Assembly (NCBI GenBank): GCA_027078475.1
Contig: JALWYH010000029.1
Location: 10,808-74,807, forward strand
DNA length: 64,000 nucleotides
Source of the DNA: Thermoproteota archaeon
GTDB lineage: Archaea > Korarchaeota > Korarchaeia > Korarchaeales > Korarchaeaceae
Direction of reading: 5' to 3'
The notes under the pieces were generated by a model. That model did no database searches and was not told the origin of the DNA. It was given only the letters and a program-made list of their open reading frames with translations. This document shows, in pieces, positions 37,760 through 47,512 of this stretch (positions within the stretch are counted from its first letter, which is position 1; every line of letters begins with the position of its first letter). Both the position numbers and the translations under genes were made by a program.

Positions 37760-38815
37760 TTGGACCTCAGGCGGTGGTCTGAGGGTGCCTTAGAGATGTT
37801 CGAGTCGGGAGTGGCTGGGGCTAGTATGATGGGAGTGGTCTTCCCTCCTACCCCCGATGGCATCTCCTCATCCGTCATAATTGAGGAACTCCTATCCCAG
37901 AGGGGGATAGAATCTGAGTTCATTGTCTCCGCGCCCGAGGGTGCGATCGAGGCTGTGGAGAATTGTTCCGGGAGATGCGATTCCATGATGTTCTTAGAAC
38001 TTCCCCCCCATGGTAAAGGTCCCATACAGGTATCGGAGGAGCTATACAAGGGCGTGATTGTCTTGGATCACGGTTCCACTCCCATCCTCGGTAGGAAAAC
38101 CGTGCGCATAAACTTGGATATACCGGGTGTATCTACGAGCCTCCTCTCCTATTTCATTGCAGTGAGCGCGGATGAGAGCAACGACCTCCTCTCCTGGGTT
38201 GCCTCTGCCGGGTTCCTAGGGAAGTGTGGTTCACCTGTATGCTACGAGGTGCTGGAGAAGGCCCGCCTCTCCTGGCCTGAACTGGCGGATGAAGGTGCCC
38301 TAAGAATGGTTCAGGAGTCTCTGGCCATCGCATCTTTCCTAGGGGAGGATTGGATATATCTCGTGGCGGCCGCGCTTAGAGAATCCTTAGATGATCCCGA
38401 CTGGTTCATTAGCGGTACCTCGGCAACCGCCAGTCTAATAAGATCCAAGGTCGGGGAGGTGATGGCGGAGTTACGCTCCCTTATCGAAGATCCCACACTC
38501 AGGCATGGTGATTTGTTGGGCTGGGAAGTTCCTGAGCCACATCAAAGGTTCGTGATCTCATTGATGGCCAAGGAGATGGGTGCACGCTGGGCACTATCCT
38601 ACTTCTACGACCCACCGCTGGGACTGGTTTACATCATGGGAGACTCTCACTTCGACCTGTTCACAGCCTCGAGAAGAGCCATGGGTGATATCCAAGGATC
38701 GGTGTTTGGTGGTAGGGGATTCTCCTCTATAATCGTTGATTCTGAGCGCATGGGAGACGTTGTTGAGTCGCTAGCTAGAATCCTCCATCGAGGGAGTGGC
38801 ACCCCTGCGGCATGA
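37760..38815 (+). CDS. Degenerate DHH/DHHA1-superfamily protein (RecJ/Cdc45-like, probably catalytically inactive)
   Basis: Motif I PPTPDGISS (cf. RecJ HHDADGLTS). Motif III VIVLDHG (DHH to DHG). DHHA1 GGGH reads FGGRGF. 351 aa. Starts 2 nt after the surface-protein gene. Confidence 0.45.
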   Translation: MDLRRWSEGALEMFESGVAGASMMGVVFPPTPDGISSSVIIEELLSQRGIESEFIVSAPEGAIEAVENCSGRCDSMMFLELPPHGKGPIQVSEELYKGVIVLDHGSTPILGRKTVRINLDIPGVSTSLLSYFIAVSADESNDLLSWVASAGFLGKCGSPVCYEVLEKARLSWPELADEGALRMVQESLAIASFLGEDWIYLVAAALRESLDDPDWFISGTSATASLIRSKVGEVMAELRSLIEDPTLRHGDLLGWEVPEPHQRFVISLMAKEMGARWALSYFYDPPLGLVYIMGDSHFDLFTASRRAMGDIQGSVFGGRGFSSIIVDSERMGDVVESLARILHRGSGTPAA

Positions 38816-38869
38816 TTATATCTTGTGTCTCCTTATTCAACCATAGTCCGTCCGGGAGGATGAGATAAT

Positions 38870-39202
38870 TTGCCGATCCGAGTCGCAGTTGCAACAGATG
38901 ATGGAAAAACCTTGAAGGAAGGACCCTTTCATGAGGCCAAGTTCTTCGCCATATACGATGTCTTAGGTAGGAGCCCCACAAAGGTCGAAGTGAGAGTGAA
39001 TACAAGGAGAGGGAGCAAGAGGGGTCCGACTTCCGTTTTGGAGATACTGAGGGACTGCGAGGTGCTCATAGCGAAAGAGTTCGATTCTGAGCTGAGGGAG
39101 ATCGTAGAGGCTAGGGGGATAATAACGCTCGAGACCAGCAGAGATGATGTGGAGTCTGCCGTGTTGGAGATAGCCGAGAGGATATCAAGGTTGAGCGGGT
39201 AG
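38870..39202 (+). CDS. NifX/NifB-like (dinitrogenase FeMo-cofactor-binding domain) small protein
   Basis: MPIRVAVATDDGKTLKEGPFHEAKFFAIYDV...VLIAKEFDSELREIVEARGII fits the MTH1175/NifX-NifB fold pattern. Confidence 0.55.
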   Translation: MPIRVAVATDDGKTLKEGPFHEAKFFAIYDVLGRSPTKVEVRVNTRRGSKRGPTSVLEILRDCEVLIAKEFDSELREIVEARGIITLETSRDDVESAVLEIAERISRLSG

Positions 39203-39203
39203 C

Positions 39204-39968
39204 ATGATTGATTGGAAGAGGAGGGAAATTTTCTCCAATTTGATGATCCCCCCGGATATCCCAGCAGTGGTAAGAGTGGACGGTTGGAGGTTCAGGAGGC
39301 TGGCTGAGGAGGTAGGGCTGGAAAGGCCCTTTGACAGGAGAATGCCGGAGTCCATGGTGAGCGCTGCCAAGGAGCTGATGTCCCTAAATCTCCCAGTAGT
39401 CATGGTATACGCGTTCTCGGACGAGGCCTCTCTACTCCTAGCTCCTCCCGTACCATGGAATGGCAGGGTGGAGAAACTCGTGTCAGTGCTGTCGTCCCTC
39501 TTCTCCGCTGTGGTTTCTCTCGAGATCAAGCACGCTGCCAGCTTCGACGGGAGAGTTATTTTGATAAGAGAAGAAGGTGAGTTGGTAGATTACCTCTCAT
39601 GGAGGCAGGATGAGGCATGGAGAAATGCACTTAATTCCTACGCGCTGGCGGCCCTTGAGAGAGAAGGAATGACCAGGGGGGAGGCGGCTAGAGAGCTGAG
39701 GGGTAAGAAGTCAGATTATCTACACGAGCTCGTATTCGAGAAGTTGGGAATAAACCTAGCCAAGGTTCCGACTTGGCAGAGGAGGGGGGTAGTTGTCAGG
39801 AAGTCAGTCGTGATTAGAAAGGGAGAGCACGGATCTGCGAAGAGGAAGGAGATCGTGGTAGACTGGGAAATCCCGCTCTTCTCATCTCCCGAAGGCAGGA
39901 GATACCTCCGGGAGATCTTCGAAACATCATCTGTTTTTAGTGGGAAGGGCATCACCCCGGACGGGTGA
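39204..39968 (+). CDS. tRNA(His) guanylyltransferase Thg1-like protein (archaeal TLP, 3'-5' polymerase)
   Basis: Thg1 palm-domain blocks AVVRVDGWRFRRL, RRMPESMVSAAKELM, VVMVYAFSDEASLLL. C-terminal HELVFEKLGINLAKVPTWQRRG. Confidence 0.65.
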   Translation: MIDWKRREIFSNLMIPPDIPAVVRVDGWRFRRLAEEVGLERPFDRRMPESMVSAAKELMSLNLPVVMVYAFSDEASLLLAPPVPWNGRVEKLVSVLSSLFSAVVSLEIKHAASFDGRVILIREEGELVDYLSWRQDEAWRNALNSYALAALEREGMTRGEAARELRGKKSDYLHELVFEKLGINLAKVPTWQRRGVVVRKSVVIRKGEHGSAKRKEIVVDWEIPLFSSPEGRRYLREIFETSSVFSGKGITPDG

Positions 39969-40480
39969 TGTTATTGTTGGTGGGTATAATCTCGGACTCT
40001 CATGACGACTTGGAGTCGATAGAGAGGGCAATGGAGATATTTCAGAGGATGGGGGTGGATGAGATAATACATCTCGGTGACCTCATCTCGCCATTCTCCC
40101 TCAGACCCATTATCAACTCCGGAATACCGTTCCGACTACTCAGGGGGAATAATGACGCTGAGACCTTGACTGCACTTACTACCGTGGAAAATGAGGGAGC
40201 ATACTACTCGGGTCCGGTGGAGACGTTGCTCGCCGAAAGGAAGGCCCTCCTCTTTCATGGGTTCGGAAGCAAGGAGCTCACCAGGCTGACAGCTGTTCAG
40301 TTGGCTAGGAGTGAGAGGTTCGACTTCGTGCTGTATGGACACACTCACGAGATTCACGTGGAGGAGATCGGTGAGACCATGATAATCAACCCCGGAGAGT
40401 CGTGCGGAAAGTTGACTGGTAGAAAGACAGCGGCCATACTGGAAACAGGGGAGAAGAGCGTGGAGGTAGTAGAGCTCTGA
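39965..40480 (+). CDS. Metallophosphoesterase, YfcE/MJ0936/Vps29 family
   Basis: GIISDSHD, HLGDL, GNND, GHTH motifs. ATGA overlap with the Thg1-like gene. Confidence 0.75.
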   Translation: MMLLLVGIISDSHDDLESIERAMEIFQRMGVDEIIHLGDLISPFSLRPIINSGIPFRLLRGNNDAETLTALTTVENEGAYYSGPVETLLAERKALLFHGFGSKELTRLTAVQLARSERFDFVLYGHTHEIHVEEIGETMIINPGESCGKLTGRKTAAILETGEKSVEVVEL

Positions 40481-40488
40481 CCCTGCAC

Positions 40489-41676
40489 TCATAAATTGGC
40501 CATGAACTCCCTTATCCTCCTCATCCCCTCAACTATATCTCTCATGGGACCGGCGAACGATATCCTCAGGAATCCCTCACCCGGATTGCCGAAGGCCGTC
40601 CCAGGCAGTAGGGCCACCCCTGCTTCATTGAGAAGTTTGTCAGCCAGCTCCTCAGAGGACATGCCCGTCTCCTTTATGTTAGGAAAGGCGTAGAATGTAC
40701 CAGCCGGTTTTATCATGGAGAACCCCTCCGTCTTTCGAATCTCTTCATATATGACATCCCTCTTCCTCTCATAATCCCTGATCATCTGGGCCACTTCCTC
40801 CTGAGGACCTCTTATGGCCTCTATAGCGGCAACTTGGGCGAAATGGACGGGACACGATGCCGCGTTGAGCTGGATCTGAGCGATCCTCTGGGCCACTTCC
40901 TCCTTGGCCACCGCGTATCCCAGCCTGTATCCGGTCATGGCCCAAGTCTTGCTGAACCCACTCACGAGAACCGTGACCTCCTCGGCTCCCGCTATGGAGA
41001 GCACGCTCTCATGCTTCCTACCATCGAATATTATGTCTTCGTATATCTCGTCCGAGATTATCAAGATATCCTTCCTCTGAGCTAGCTTAACTATCTCCTC
41101 CAAGTCCTCCCTTCGATATATTCCTCCTGTGGGATTGCTCGGTGTGTTTATCACGATGGCCTTCGTCCTGTCGCTGACCTTCTCTAGGATATCGCTCACA
41201 TCGGGTGAGAATTTTCGCTCCTCCTTGAGTATGACTGGCCTGACTACTCCGCCTAGGAATCTGGTGACGCTCTCGTAGGAAGGATAGGCTGGCATAGGGA
41301 TGATAACCTCGTCACCTGGATCGATGAACGCCATCAGGGCTGCGAATATGGCCATCTTCGCTCCCACGGTCACCACGACGTTATCGGGCTTCACGTCAAC
41401 TCCCCTGCTGGCGGACACCCTCTCGGCGATGGCCTCCCTGAGCTCGTAGATTCCTGAAGCTGGGGTGTACTTGGTTTTTCCCTCGTCTATAGCCCTCTTC
41501 GTCGCTTCCAGTACATGCCTGGGTGGCTGGTAACCAGGCTCGCCTATCTCAAGGTGGACTATGCTCCTTCCCTTTCTCTCAAGTTCCCTTGCCTTAGCAA
41601 GAACGATGAAGGCCCCCTCCACTCCTAAGGAATTCATTCTCCTAGCAAACTTAGGCATGGACGTCGCCCGGATCAT
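40489..41676 (-). CDS. Class I/II PLP aminotransferase (aspartate aminotransferase-like)
   Basis: PLP-Lys block SGFSKTWAMTGYRLGY; N-term with the GEPGYQPP motif; 395 aa. Confidence 0.8.
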   Translation of the reverse strand: MIRATSMPKFARRMNSLGVEGAFIVLAKARELERKGRSIVHLEIGEPGYQPPRHVLEATKRAIDEGKTKYTPASGIYELREAIAERVSASRGVDVKPDNVVVTVGAKMAIFAALMAFIDPGDEVIIPMPAYPSYESVTRFLGGVVRPVILKEERKFSPDVSDILEKVSDRTKAIVINTPSNPTGGIYRREDLEEIVKLAQRKDILIISDEIYEDIIFDGRKHESVLSIAGAEEVTVLVSGFSKTWAMTGYRLGYAVAKEEVAQRIAQIQLNAASCPVHFAQVAAIEAIRGPQEEVAQMIRDYERKRDVIYEEIRKTEGFSMIKPAGTFYAFPNIKETGMSSEELADKLLNEAGVALLPGTAFGNPGEGFLRISFAGPMRDIVEGMRRIREFMANL

Positions 41677-41715
41677 GAGATCGAGTTTTACTGAAAAACT
41701 TTCAAGGTGAGGGGC

Positions 41716-42783
41716 TCACTTGGACAGCCCTCTTAGAACCAAGAGATAGGCTATGAAACCGAACACCAGTTCGTTGAGGAAGACGGTTATCGTCGAGGAC
41801 ACGAGCGTTATGGCCAGGGCATCTCCCCTACTGAAGCCCATGGCGGAGAGGAGACCTGTCATCACCCATTCCCTGATCCCGGTATTACCCGGGATTCCTA
41901 TAGGAATGAGGACCATGATGATGGAGACCGAGTATATCAGGATGCCCATCAAGGGATCGATCCAGTAGCCGAGGGCATAGAAGTAGATGAAGATGGGCAG
42001 CATATCGAAGAGCCAGTTGAGGAAGGCACAGGCCAGTGAGAGGGCCAGTGCTCTCCTCTTGACCATGAGCTCCCTGAAAGCCATGGAGTACTCTCTCACC
42101 ATCTCCTTGACCTTTCCCAGATCCCTTCCCAGCTTGTGTTCTATGAAGGATATCAGCCTGAGCAAGGCGCTCTCATTCATGCTGATTTTGTATATGAAGT
42201 AGAAGGCTGCAACAAGTGTGACTACCGCCAGGATGATGGTGAACAGGGTGCTGCGTCCGACTCCCGTGGAACCCACAAGATATGAAAACCCGAGAACGAT
42301 GCTGACGATGAAGGGAATTATCATTACCACCCTATGAGCCACTATAGTGGATACCGCATGGGCCATCGGCACTCTCGCTTTCTTGTTGATCAGATAGGCC
42401 CTAGCTACCTCCCCAGTGGCCGATCCGGCCGGAATCAGCAGATTTATGAAAAGGCTCGTCCATCCTATCAAAAATACGTCTCTGAAGCTTGCCCTTCCAT
42501 CAAGCAGGATGTACCATCCGAGATTGTAGAAGAGCACACCTATATGGATGGATAGAAATGAGAGGAGTACTGGCACAAGGCCTATGGATCTAAGGCTAGT
42601 CATCGCCTCGTCGATGTCGAAGGTGGCTAGGAGAGGCACCATCAGGACTAATCCCACAACCAGCAGTATCAGGCTCTTCTTGCCGATCCTCGGGGTCCTC
42701 TCGGCTTCCTCCATCGGGAAAACCTCGAACGTATATTTTAAAAAAGGATTTACGGAATTTGCGGCTCTAGCACTCATTATCAC
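41716..42783 (-). CDS. Polytopic membrane protein, UPF0104 / flippase-like (LPG-synthase TM-domain) family
   Basis: ~8 TM segments. Family-like blocks GWYILLDG and LFINLLIPAGSATGE. Start may be an internal ATG. Confidence 0.45.
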   Translation of the reverse strand: MIMSARAANSVNPFLKYTFEVFPMEEAERTPRIGKKSLILLVVGLVLMVPLLATFDIDEAMTSLRSIGLVPVLLSFLSIHIGVLFYNLGWYILLDGRASFRDVFLIGWTSLFINLLIPAGSATGEVARAYLINKKARVPMAHAVSTIVAHRVVMIIPFIVSIVLGFSYLVGSTGVGRSTLFTIILAVVTLVAAFYFIYKISMNESALLRLISFIEHKLGRDLGKVKEMVREYSMAFRELMVKRRALALSLACAFLNWLFDMLPIFIYFYALGYWIDPLMGILIYSVSIIMVLIPIGIPGNTGIREWVMTGLLSAMGFSRGDALAITLVSSTITVFLNELVFGFIAYLLVLRGLSK

Positions 42784-43690
42784 CTTTTCCGTACGATATG
42801 AACTCCATGGCAGCTATCTCATCCCAGACGGGCAGCCCGAAGGTGGTACCCGGCCTAGAGATTGTGAGTGCCGCGGCTGAGTTGGCCAACCTTATGGCCT
42901 TCTTAGGGGGAAAGCCCTTGGCCCTAGAGGTCAGGTAGGCTGCGGCAAACACATCACCCGCTCCTGTCGTGTCCACCACGTTGACTGGGACCGCCTTCAC
43001 GTGGCATATGGAACCCTCAACCCAAGCAAGGGAACCCTTGGGCCCCATCTTTATTAGAACCTCATCTGGTCCCTCCTTGCCGATCTTTCGAGCTGCCAGC
43101 TCGGGATCTCTCTCCCCGGATAGTAGGAAGGCCTCCCTCTCGTTCAGGAATATCTTACTCACTCCTCCCAAGAGCTCCCAGCACTCCTTCCTGCTCTTGG
43201 AAAGTATCCTTATTCCTGGATCCCACGATATCCCGCCCCGGATCTCCAATACGGCCCTGGCTATGGGCACCCTCACGCTGGCCATGTGCACCTCGTCGAC
43301 TGACTTAATCAGCTGGCCCCTCTCCATCACGTCCATGGGTGATAACTCCTCATTGGCGCCAGGGCTCTCGATCATCCTTCTGCTCTCCCCCAGCACGTTT
43401 ATTATCACTACGAGTCCCGTCCTCCTACCCTCGGCGATCTTTATGTGGGAGGTGTCCACGCTCCCCTCCTCCATGGTCTTGAGGTATATTCTTCCCAGTT
43501 GATCATCTCCCAAGGACGCAAGGATGGACACATCAACGCCTAGTCTGGCAGCCGCCAAGGCGAAATTCGAAGCCGAACCACCTGCGCTCATCGTGGCGGC
43601 CAGGGCATCTGTCGCCTCGTCTTGGTCCGGTATCCTCTCTATGAAGGTGGTCACGTCGATGTTCGCGTTTCCGACGGCCAAGAACTTCAT
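42767..43690 (-). CDS. PfkB-family carbohydrate/nucleoside kinase (ribokinase-like)
   Basis: N-term FLAVGNANIDVT. Catalytic motif DTTGAGDVFAAAYL. 4-nt overlap with tmk. Confidence 0.75.
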   Translation of the reverse strand: MKFLAVGNANIDVTTFIERIPDQDEATDALAATMSAGGSASNFALAAARLGVDVSILASLGDDQLGRIYLKTMEEGSVDTSHIKIAEGRRTGLVVIINVLGESRRMIESPGANEELSPMDVMERGQLIKSVDEVHMASVRVPIARAVLEIRGGISWDPGIRILSKSRKECWELLGGVSKIFLNEREAFLLSGERDPELAARKIGKEGPDEVLIKMGPKGSLAWVEGSICHVKAVPVNVVDTTGAGDVFAAAYLTSRAKGFPPKKAIRLANSAAALTISRPGTTFGLPVWDEIAAMEFISYGKGDNEC

Positions 43691-44274
43691 TGGATCCCCT
43701 CGAGTTTCATCATGACTATATTAAGAATTGTTCTGAAGACCTCCTCCTCTGGGGCGCTGGCATCCACCTTAACGGTTCTGGAGGACCATTCCGCCCTCTC
43801 TATCAAGCTCAGGTAATTCGACCTCACAGCCCGCAGCGTGTTTAGGGAATGGAAGATCTGACCATCTCCTATCCTCCTGAGGGCCACCTCCGGATCCAAG
43901 TCGAGGTAGATCACCAGATCTGGGAGGCGGGCCCACTTGTTTATCTCCCTCACCCACTCCATCGGGAGATCGAGCCCCTGATATGCCAGAGAGGAGAGGA
44001 GATACCTATCGGTTATTATTATGGAGCCTTTGTTCAGTAAGGGTTCCATCTCCACCACGTGCTGTATTCTGTCTGCAGCGAAGAGCAGAGCCAAGGTTCT
44101 CTTGTCGGCCTCCATCTCCCCGGTCAGTATCTCCTTCACAATCTTCCCCACTGGCCCATCGGTGGGCTCGGTCGTCCAGAAAGAATTCATGCCCCTGTTC
44201 AGCAGTTCTTTGTGAAGCCTGGTGCTCATGGTGGTCTTACCGGCTCCATCTATTCCCTCGAAGGCTATTAACAT
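43687..44274 (-). CDS. tmk: Thymidylate kinase
   Basis: P-loop FEGIDGAGKTT. DRY-like DRYLLSSLAYQG. Start taken at the ATG (MLIAFEG...); the ORF-track GTG is at 44292. Confidence 0.8.
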   Translation of the reverse strand: MLIAFEGIDGAGKTTMSTRLHKELLNRGMNSFWTTEPTDGPVGKIVKEILTGEMEADKRTLALLFAADRIQHVVEMEPLLNKGSIIITDRYLLSSLAYQGLDLPMEWVREINKWARLPDLVIYLDLDPEVALRRIGDGQIFHSLNTLRAVRSNYLSLIERAEWSSRTVKVDASAPEEEVFRTILNIVMMKLEGIQ

Positions 44275-44294
44275 CCTGAAACTCCCCACCACTA

Positions 44295-44304
44295 CTTTTT
44301 AATC
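44295..44304. promoter_or_regulatory. Shared A/T box (ctttttaatc) in the 50-nt gap between divergent tmk and prs
   Basis: ~22-30 nt from both start codons. Confidence 0.35.
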
Positions 44305-44324
44305 TCCTCAGGCAATCTCAACAT

Positions 44325-45227
44325 ATGCTTCTGGTCGGTCCGGAGGACAATTTCAACATCAGGCTGGCGAAGGATATTGGCGCGAGGCTTGTAACTGTGG
44401 AGAGGAGGGTATTTCCCGATGGAGAGGTGTGTCCCAGGGTTTCCGGGGATGTGAGAGGCCAAGATGTGGTCCTCTCCATGAGGATGGAAGCAGGCTCTGG
44501 CTCGCCGAACAGATACCTCATGGAGGTGCTGTTCACACTCAGGAACCTCAAGGAGCACATGGGCGCCGGATCAGTCACCCTCGCCATGCCATACTTCCCT
44601 TACGCGAGGCAGGATACGATATTCAGACCCGGAGAGCCCCTCAGCTCGAAGTATCTTGGCGAGCTGTTGGAAGCGGCTGGCGCGGACGTCGTAATCAGCG
44701 TCACGGTTCACCTGCATAGGATCGGAGGATTCTCAGAATTGTTCAGCCGGGCGAAGGCCGTGAATCTGAGCGGTTTCGAGGCTCTGGCCTCCAAGCTTAA
44801 AGATTTACCCCTTAAGGATCCTTTCATACTCGGTCCTGACACGGAGAGCATTCATTGGGCGAAGGAGCTTGCCTCTTACTGTGGAGTTGAGGAGTTCGAT
44901 GCTTTCAGGAAGGAAAGAGATGTGTCCACAGGGGAGATAAGGACCTACGTTAAGGAGCTGGACCTCGCTGGCAGGGACGTGATAGTGGTTGATGATATGG
45001 TGTCCACCGGAGGGACCATGGCAAACGCAGTCAGGGAGGCCAGGAGGATGGGTGCTAGGACCGTCATATCGGCTTTCGTTCATCCAGTCCTAGCGCCAGG
45101 GGCTGTGGATAGGATACTGGGCGCGGGGGCCGATGTGATACTGGCTGCAGACACTCTGGAATGGGCCGGCTCCAAGGCCTCGGTGGTGCCATCCATAGCG
45201 GAGGCGTTAAGGGTTGCCCAAGAATGA
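44325..45227 (+). CDS. prs: Ribose-phosphate pyrophosphokinase (PRPP synthetase)
   Basis: PRPP-binding loop VIVVDDMVSTGGTMANA; N-terminal domain FPDGE. Confidence 0.85.
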   Translation: MLLVGPEDNFNIRLAKDIGARLVTVERRVFPDGEVCPRVSGDVRGQDVVLSMRMEAGSGSPNRYLMEVLFTLRNLKEHMGAGSVTLAMPYFPYARQDTIFRPGEPLSSKYLGELLEAAGADVVISVTVHLHRIGGFSELFSRAKAVNLSGFEALASKLKDLPLKDPFILGPDTESIHWAKELASYCGVEEFDAFRKERDVSTGEIRTYVKELDLAGRDVIVVDDMVSTGGTMANAVREARRMGARTVISAFVHPVLAPGAVDRILGAGADVILAADTLEWAGSKASVVPSIAEALRVAQE

Positions 45228-45681
45228 AGCTCGATTGAGGCCTGGGATAGCTGCCTCGGCCATGGTCACCCTGGCGCTTTCCCTCGGGGCGGGATATCTA
45301 TCGCTCTCGATAGTGAAGGAAGAATTCATGCTCTCCGTCCTAGGGATAGTCACCTCCGTCCTGTTGATCTTCCTCTCCATCAAGATGTTGAGGGGAGATA
45401 AGCTCGCAGTACTAGTCGTGGCCTCCTTCTATGCTGTGCTAGCCATATTGGGGTTATTTATTGCTCCCTCTCTGCCCTCTGAGGGCATGCTGACCTTCGT
45501 ATTTTCCGCCGCTCTGAGTTATTACCTGCTCAGGCACAGGGGTGATCCTCTGATACCAAAGGAGATATCTGAGATACCGACTCCATTCTTCGACGAAGAG
45601 GTCTATCCTTCGGAGGAACCGCCCGAGGAAGAGCAGTCGGGCTATGTAGGGACAAATGAGGACGGTTTGACGATAGAGTGA
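45214..45681 (+). CDS. Hypothetical membrane protein
   Basis: Three or four hydrophobic helices and an acidic C-tail. Overlaps the prs end. No family recognised. Confidence 0.35.
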   Translation: MPKNEARLRPGIAASAMVTLALSLGAGYLSLSIVKEEFMLSVLGIVTSVLLIFLSIKMLRGDKLAVLVVASFYAVLAILGLFIAPSLPSEGMLTFVFSAALSYYLLRHRGDPLIPKEISEIPTPFFDEEVYPSEEPPEEEQSGYVGTNEDGLTIE

Positions 45682-45758
45682 TAGGGGGAGCACCTTCACC
45701 GATTTTTCCCGATGTGATGGTTAAATATCCCCTACCTACCCCAGATATGGGAAGGTGA

Positions 45759-46793
45759 TTGGGGATACCCAAGAAGAAGGTCGTCAAGGAAGAGTCTCGG
45801 GAAGAGGTCCCTGAGGAATCCTCTGAGGATTACTATGAGGGGACTGTAGCTGATGAGGAGTTTGATCTGACCGATCTGGAGGGGGTAGGTCCAGCCACGG
45901 CCAAGAGGCTGATGGAGGCTGGATACACTACTCTAGAGTCCATTGCCATGTCCACTCCCGCGGAGCTTGCTGTCTACGCCGGTATAGGAGAGGGTGTGGC
46001 TCAGAAGATAATTCAGGCTGCCAGATCGAAGCTGAACATAGACGTTATGTCCGCTTATGACTACTACCAGCAGAGGAAGATGGTCCAGAGGATAACCACG
46101 GGATCCAAGGCGCTCGATGAGCTGCTAGGAGGAGGAGTAGAGACCCAGTCGATCACGGAGATATATGGTCCTTATGGATCCGGCAAGACTCAGTTCGCAC
46201 ATCAAATGGCTGTGACAGTCCAACTACCAGAGGAGAAGGGGGGATTGGGGAGGGCCGCCCTGTTCATAGACACCGAGGGCACCTTCAGGCCGGAGAGGAT
46301 CATACAAATAGCCGAGAGGTTCGGTCTTGACCCGGAGAAAGCCCTCAAGAACATCCTCTACGCGAGAGCCTTCACCAGCGATCACCAGATGATAGTGACG
46401 GAGAGGGCTGAACCCTACATAAAGGAGAGGAATATAGGTCTCATAATAGTGGATTCCCTGATAAGCCATTTCAGAGGGGAGTACGTGGGCAGGGAGACTC
46501 TAGCCGAGAGGCAGCAGAAGCTCAACAAGTACCTCCACAAGCTGCTCAAGCTGGCCCTCGGATACAACTTGGCAGTTATAGTGACCAACCAGGTTGTGGC
46601 TGATCCTAGCGCCTTCTTCGGGGATCCCAACAGGCCGGCCGGGGGACATGTACTCGGCCACGGGGTGACGGCCAGGCTCTACATAAAGAGGGGTAAGAAG
46701 GATCGCAGGGTGATCAAGCTGGTGAAGAGCCCGTATCTCCCGGAGGGAACAGTTGAGGTGGTCATAACCGAGGGAGGCATAGAGGACGTTTAG
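45759..46793 (+). CDS. radA: DNA repair and recombination protein RadA
   Basis: HhH N-domain LTDLEGVGPATAKRLMEAGYTTLESIA. Walker A GPYGSGKTQ; RecA core. Preceded by a ~34-aa acidic N-extension. TTG start (an upstream ATG is followed by a stop after 3 codons). Confidence 0.85.
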   Translation: MGIPKKKVVKEESREEVPEESSEDYYEGTVADEEFDLTDLEGVGPATAKRLMEAGYTTLESIAMSTPAELAVYAGIGEGVAQKIIQAARSKLNIDVMSAYDYYQQRKMVQRITTGSKALDELLGGGVETQSITEIYGPYGSGKTQFAHQMAVTVQLPEEKGGLGRAALFIDTEGTFRPERIIQIAERFGLDPEKALKNILYARAFTSDHQMIVTERAEPYIKERNIGLIIVDSLISHFRGEYVGRETLAERQQKLNKYLHKLLKLALGYNLAVIVTNQVVADPSAFFGDPNRPAGGHVLGHGVTARLYIKRGKKDRRVIKLVKSPYLPEGTVEVVITEGGIEDV

Positions 46794-46796
46794 TCC

Positions 46797-47495
46797 CTAC
46801 CTCCCATCCATCTCGTAGTCTCCCTTTTTCCTCTCGTATTCCTCCCTATCCATGACCACTTTAGCGGGAACGCCCAGAACTACTTTGTTCGGCGGGACAT
46901 CTCTAGTCACTACTGCCCCCGAGGCCACCACGGCCCCCTCGCCCACGGTTATCCCTGAAATCAGGATTGAGTTGGCCCCGATCACCGCGCCATCCTCTAT
47001 GGTCACCCCTAGCAGTCTATTGCTGGCCGGATACTTGTCATTTGTTATGACCACGAAAGGAGCCAGGAAGACACGGCTCCCGATCCTGCTCTCGGGCGGT
47101 ATGTAGGTCCCGCTCTGTATGCTGACCTCCCTACCTATGGTGACCCTACCATCGACTATCGCGTGGGTTCCCACCACGGTACCCTCCCCTATCTCCGTGT
47201 CCTCTCTTATGAGCACTGCATGCCCGGTCTGGACGCCATCTCCGATGACCACTCTCTCGTAGATGACCGTGTGACTCCTGATAAAACAGTTGGACCCTAT
47301 CTTGGCTCCCTCACTCACTTCGTCATATGAGGACATGTCTTTCTTGGACAGGGATTTTATCTTACCGTAGATGGGATAGCCAATCACTGAGTAGGCCCCT
47401 AGGGTGGTGCCCCGCCCCACTGAAGACGGACCCAAGACAGCCACATCCCCCTCGAGAGATACCCCATCCAAGATCGCCTTTTTAGAGAGGAACAT
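46797..47495 (-). CDS. Hexapeptide-repeat (left-handed beta-helix) acyl/acetyltransferase
   Basis: Repeated [LIV]G-x4 hexapeptides throughout (IGEGTVVGTHAIVDGRVTIGREVSI...); 232 aa. Confidence 0.65.
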   Translation of the reverse strand: MFLSKKAILDGVSLEGDVAVLGPSSVGRGTTLGAYSVIGYPIYGKIKSLSKKDMSSYDEVSEGAKIGSNCFIRSHTVIYERVVIGDGVQTGHAVLIREDTEIGEGTVVGTHAIVDGRVTIGREVSIQSGTYIPPESRIGSRVFLAPFVVITNDKYPASNRLLGVTIEDGAVIGANSILISGITVGEGAVVASGAVVTRDVPPNKVVLGVPAKVVMDREEYERKKGDYEMDGR

Positions 47496-47512
47496 GATGA
47501 CACCAGGGAAAT

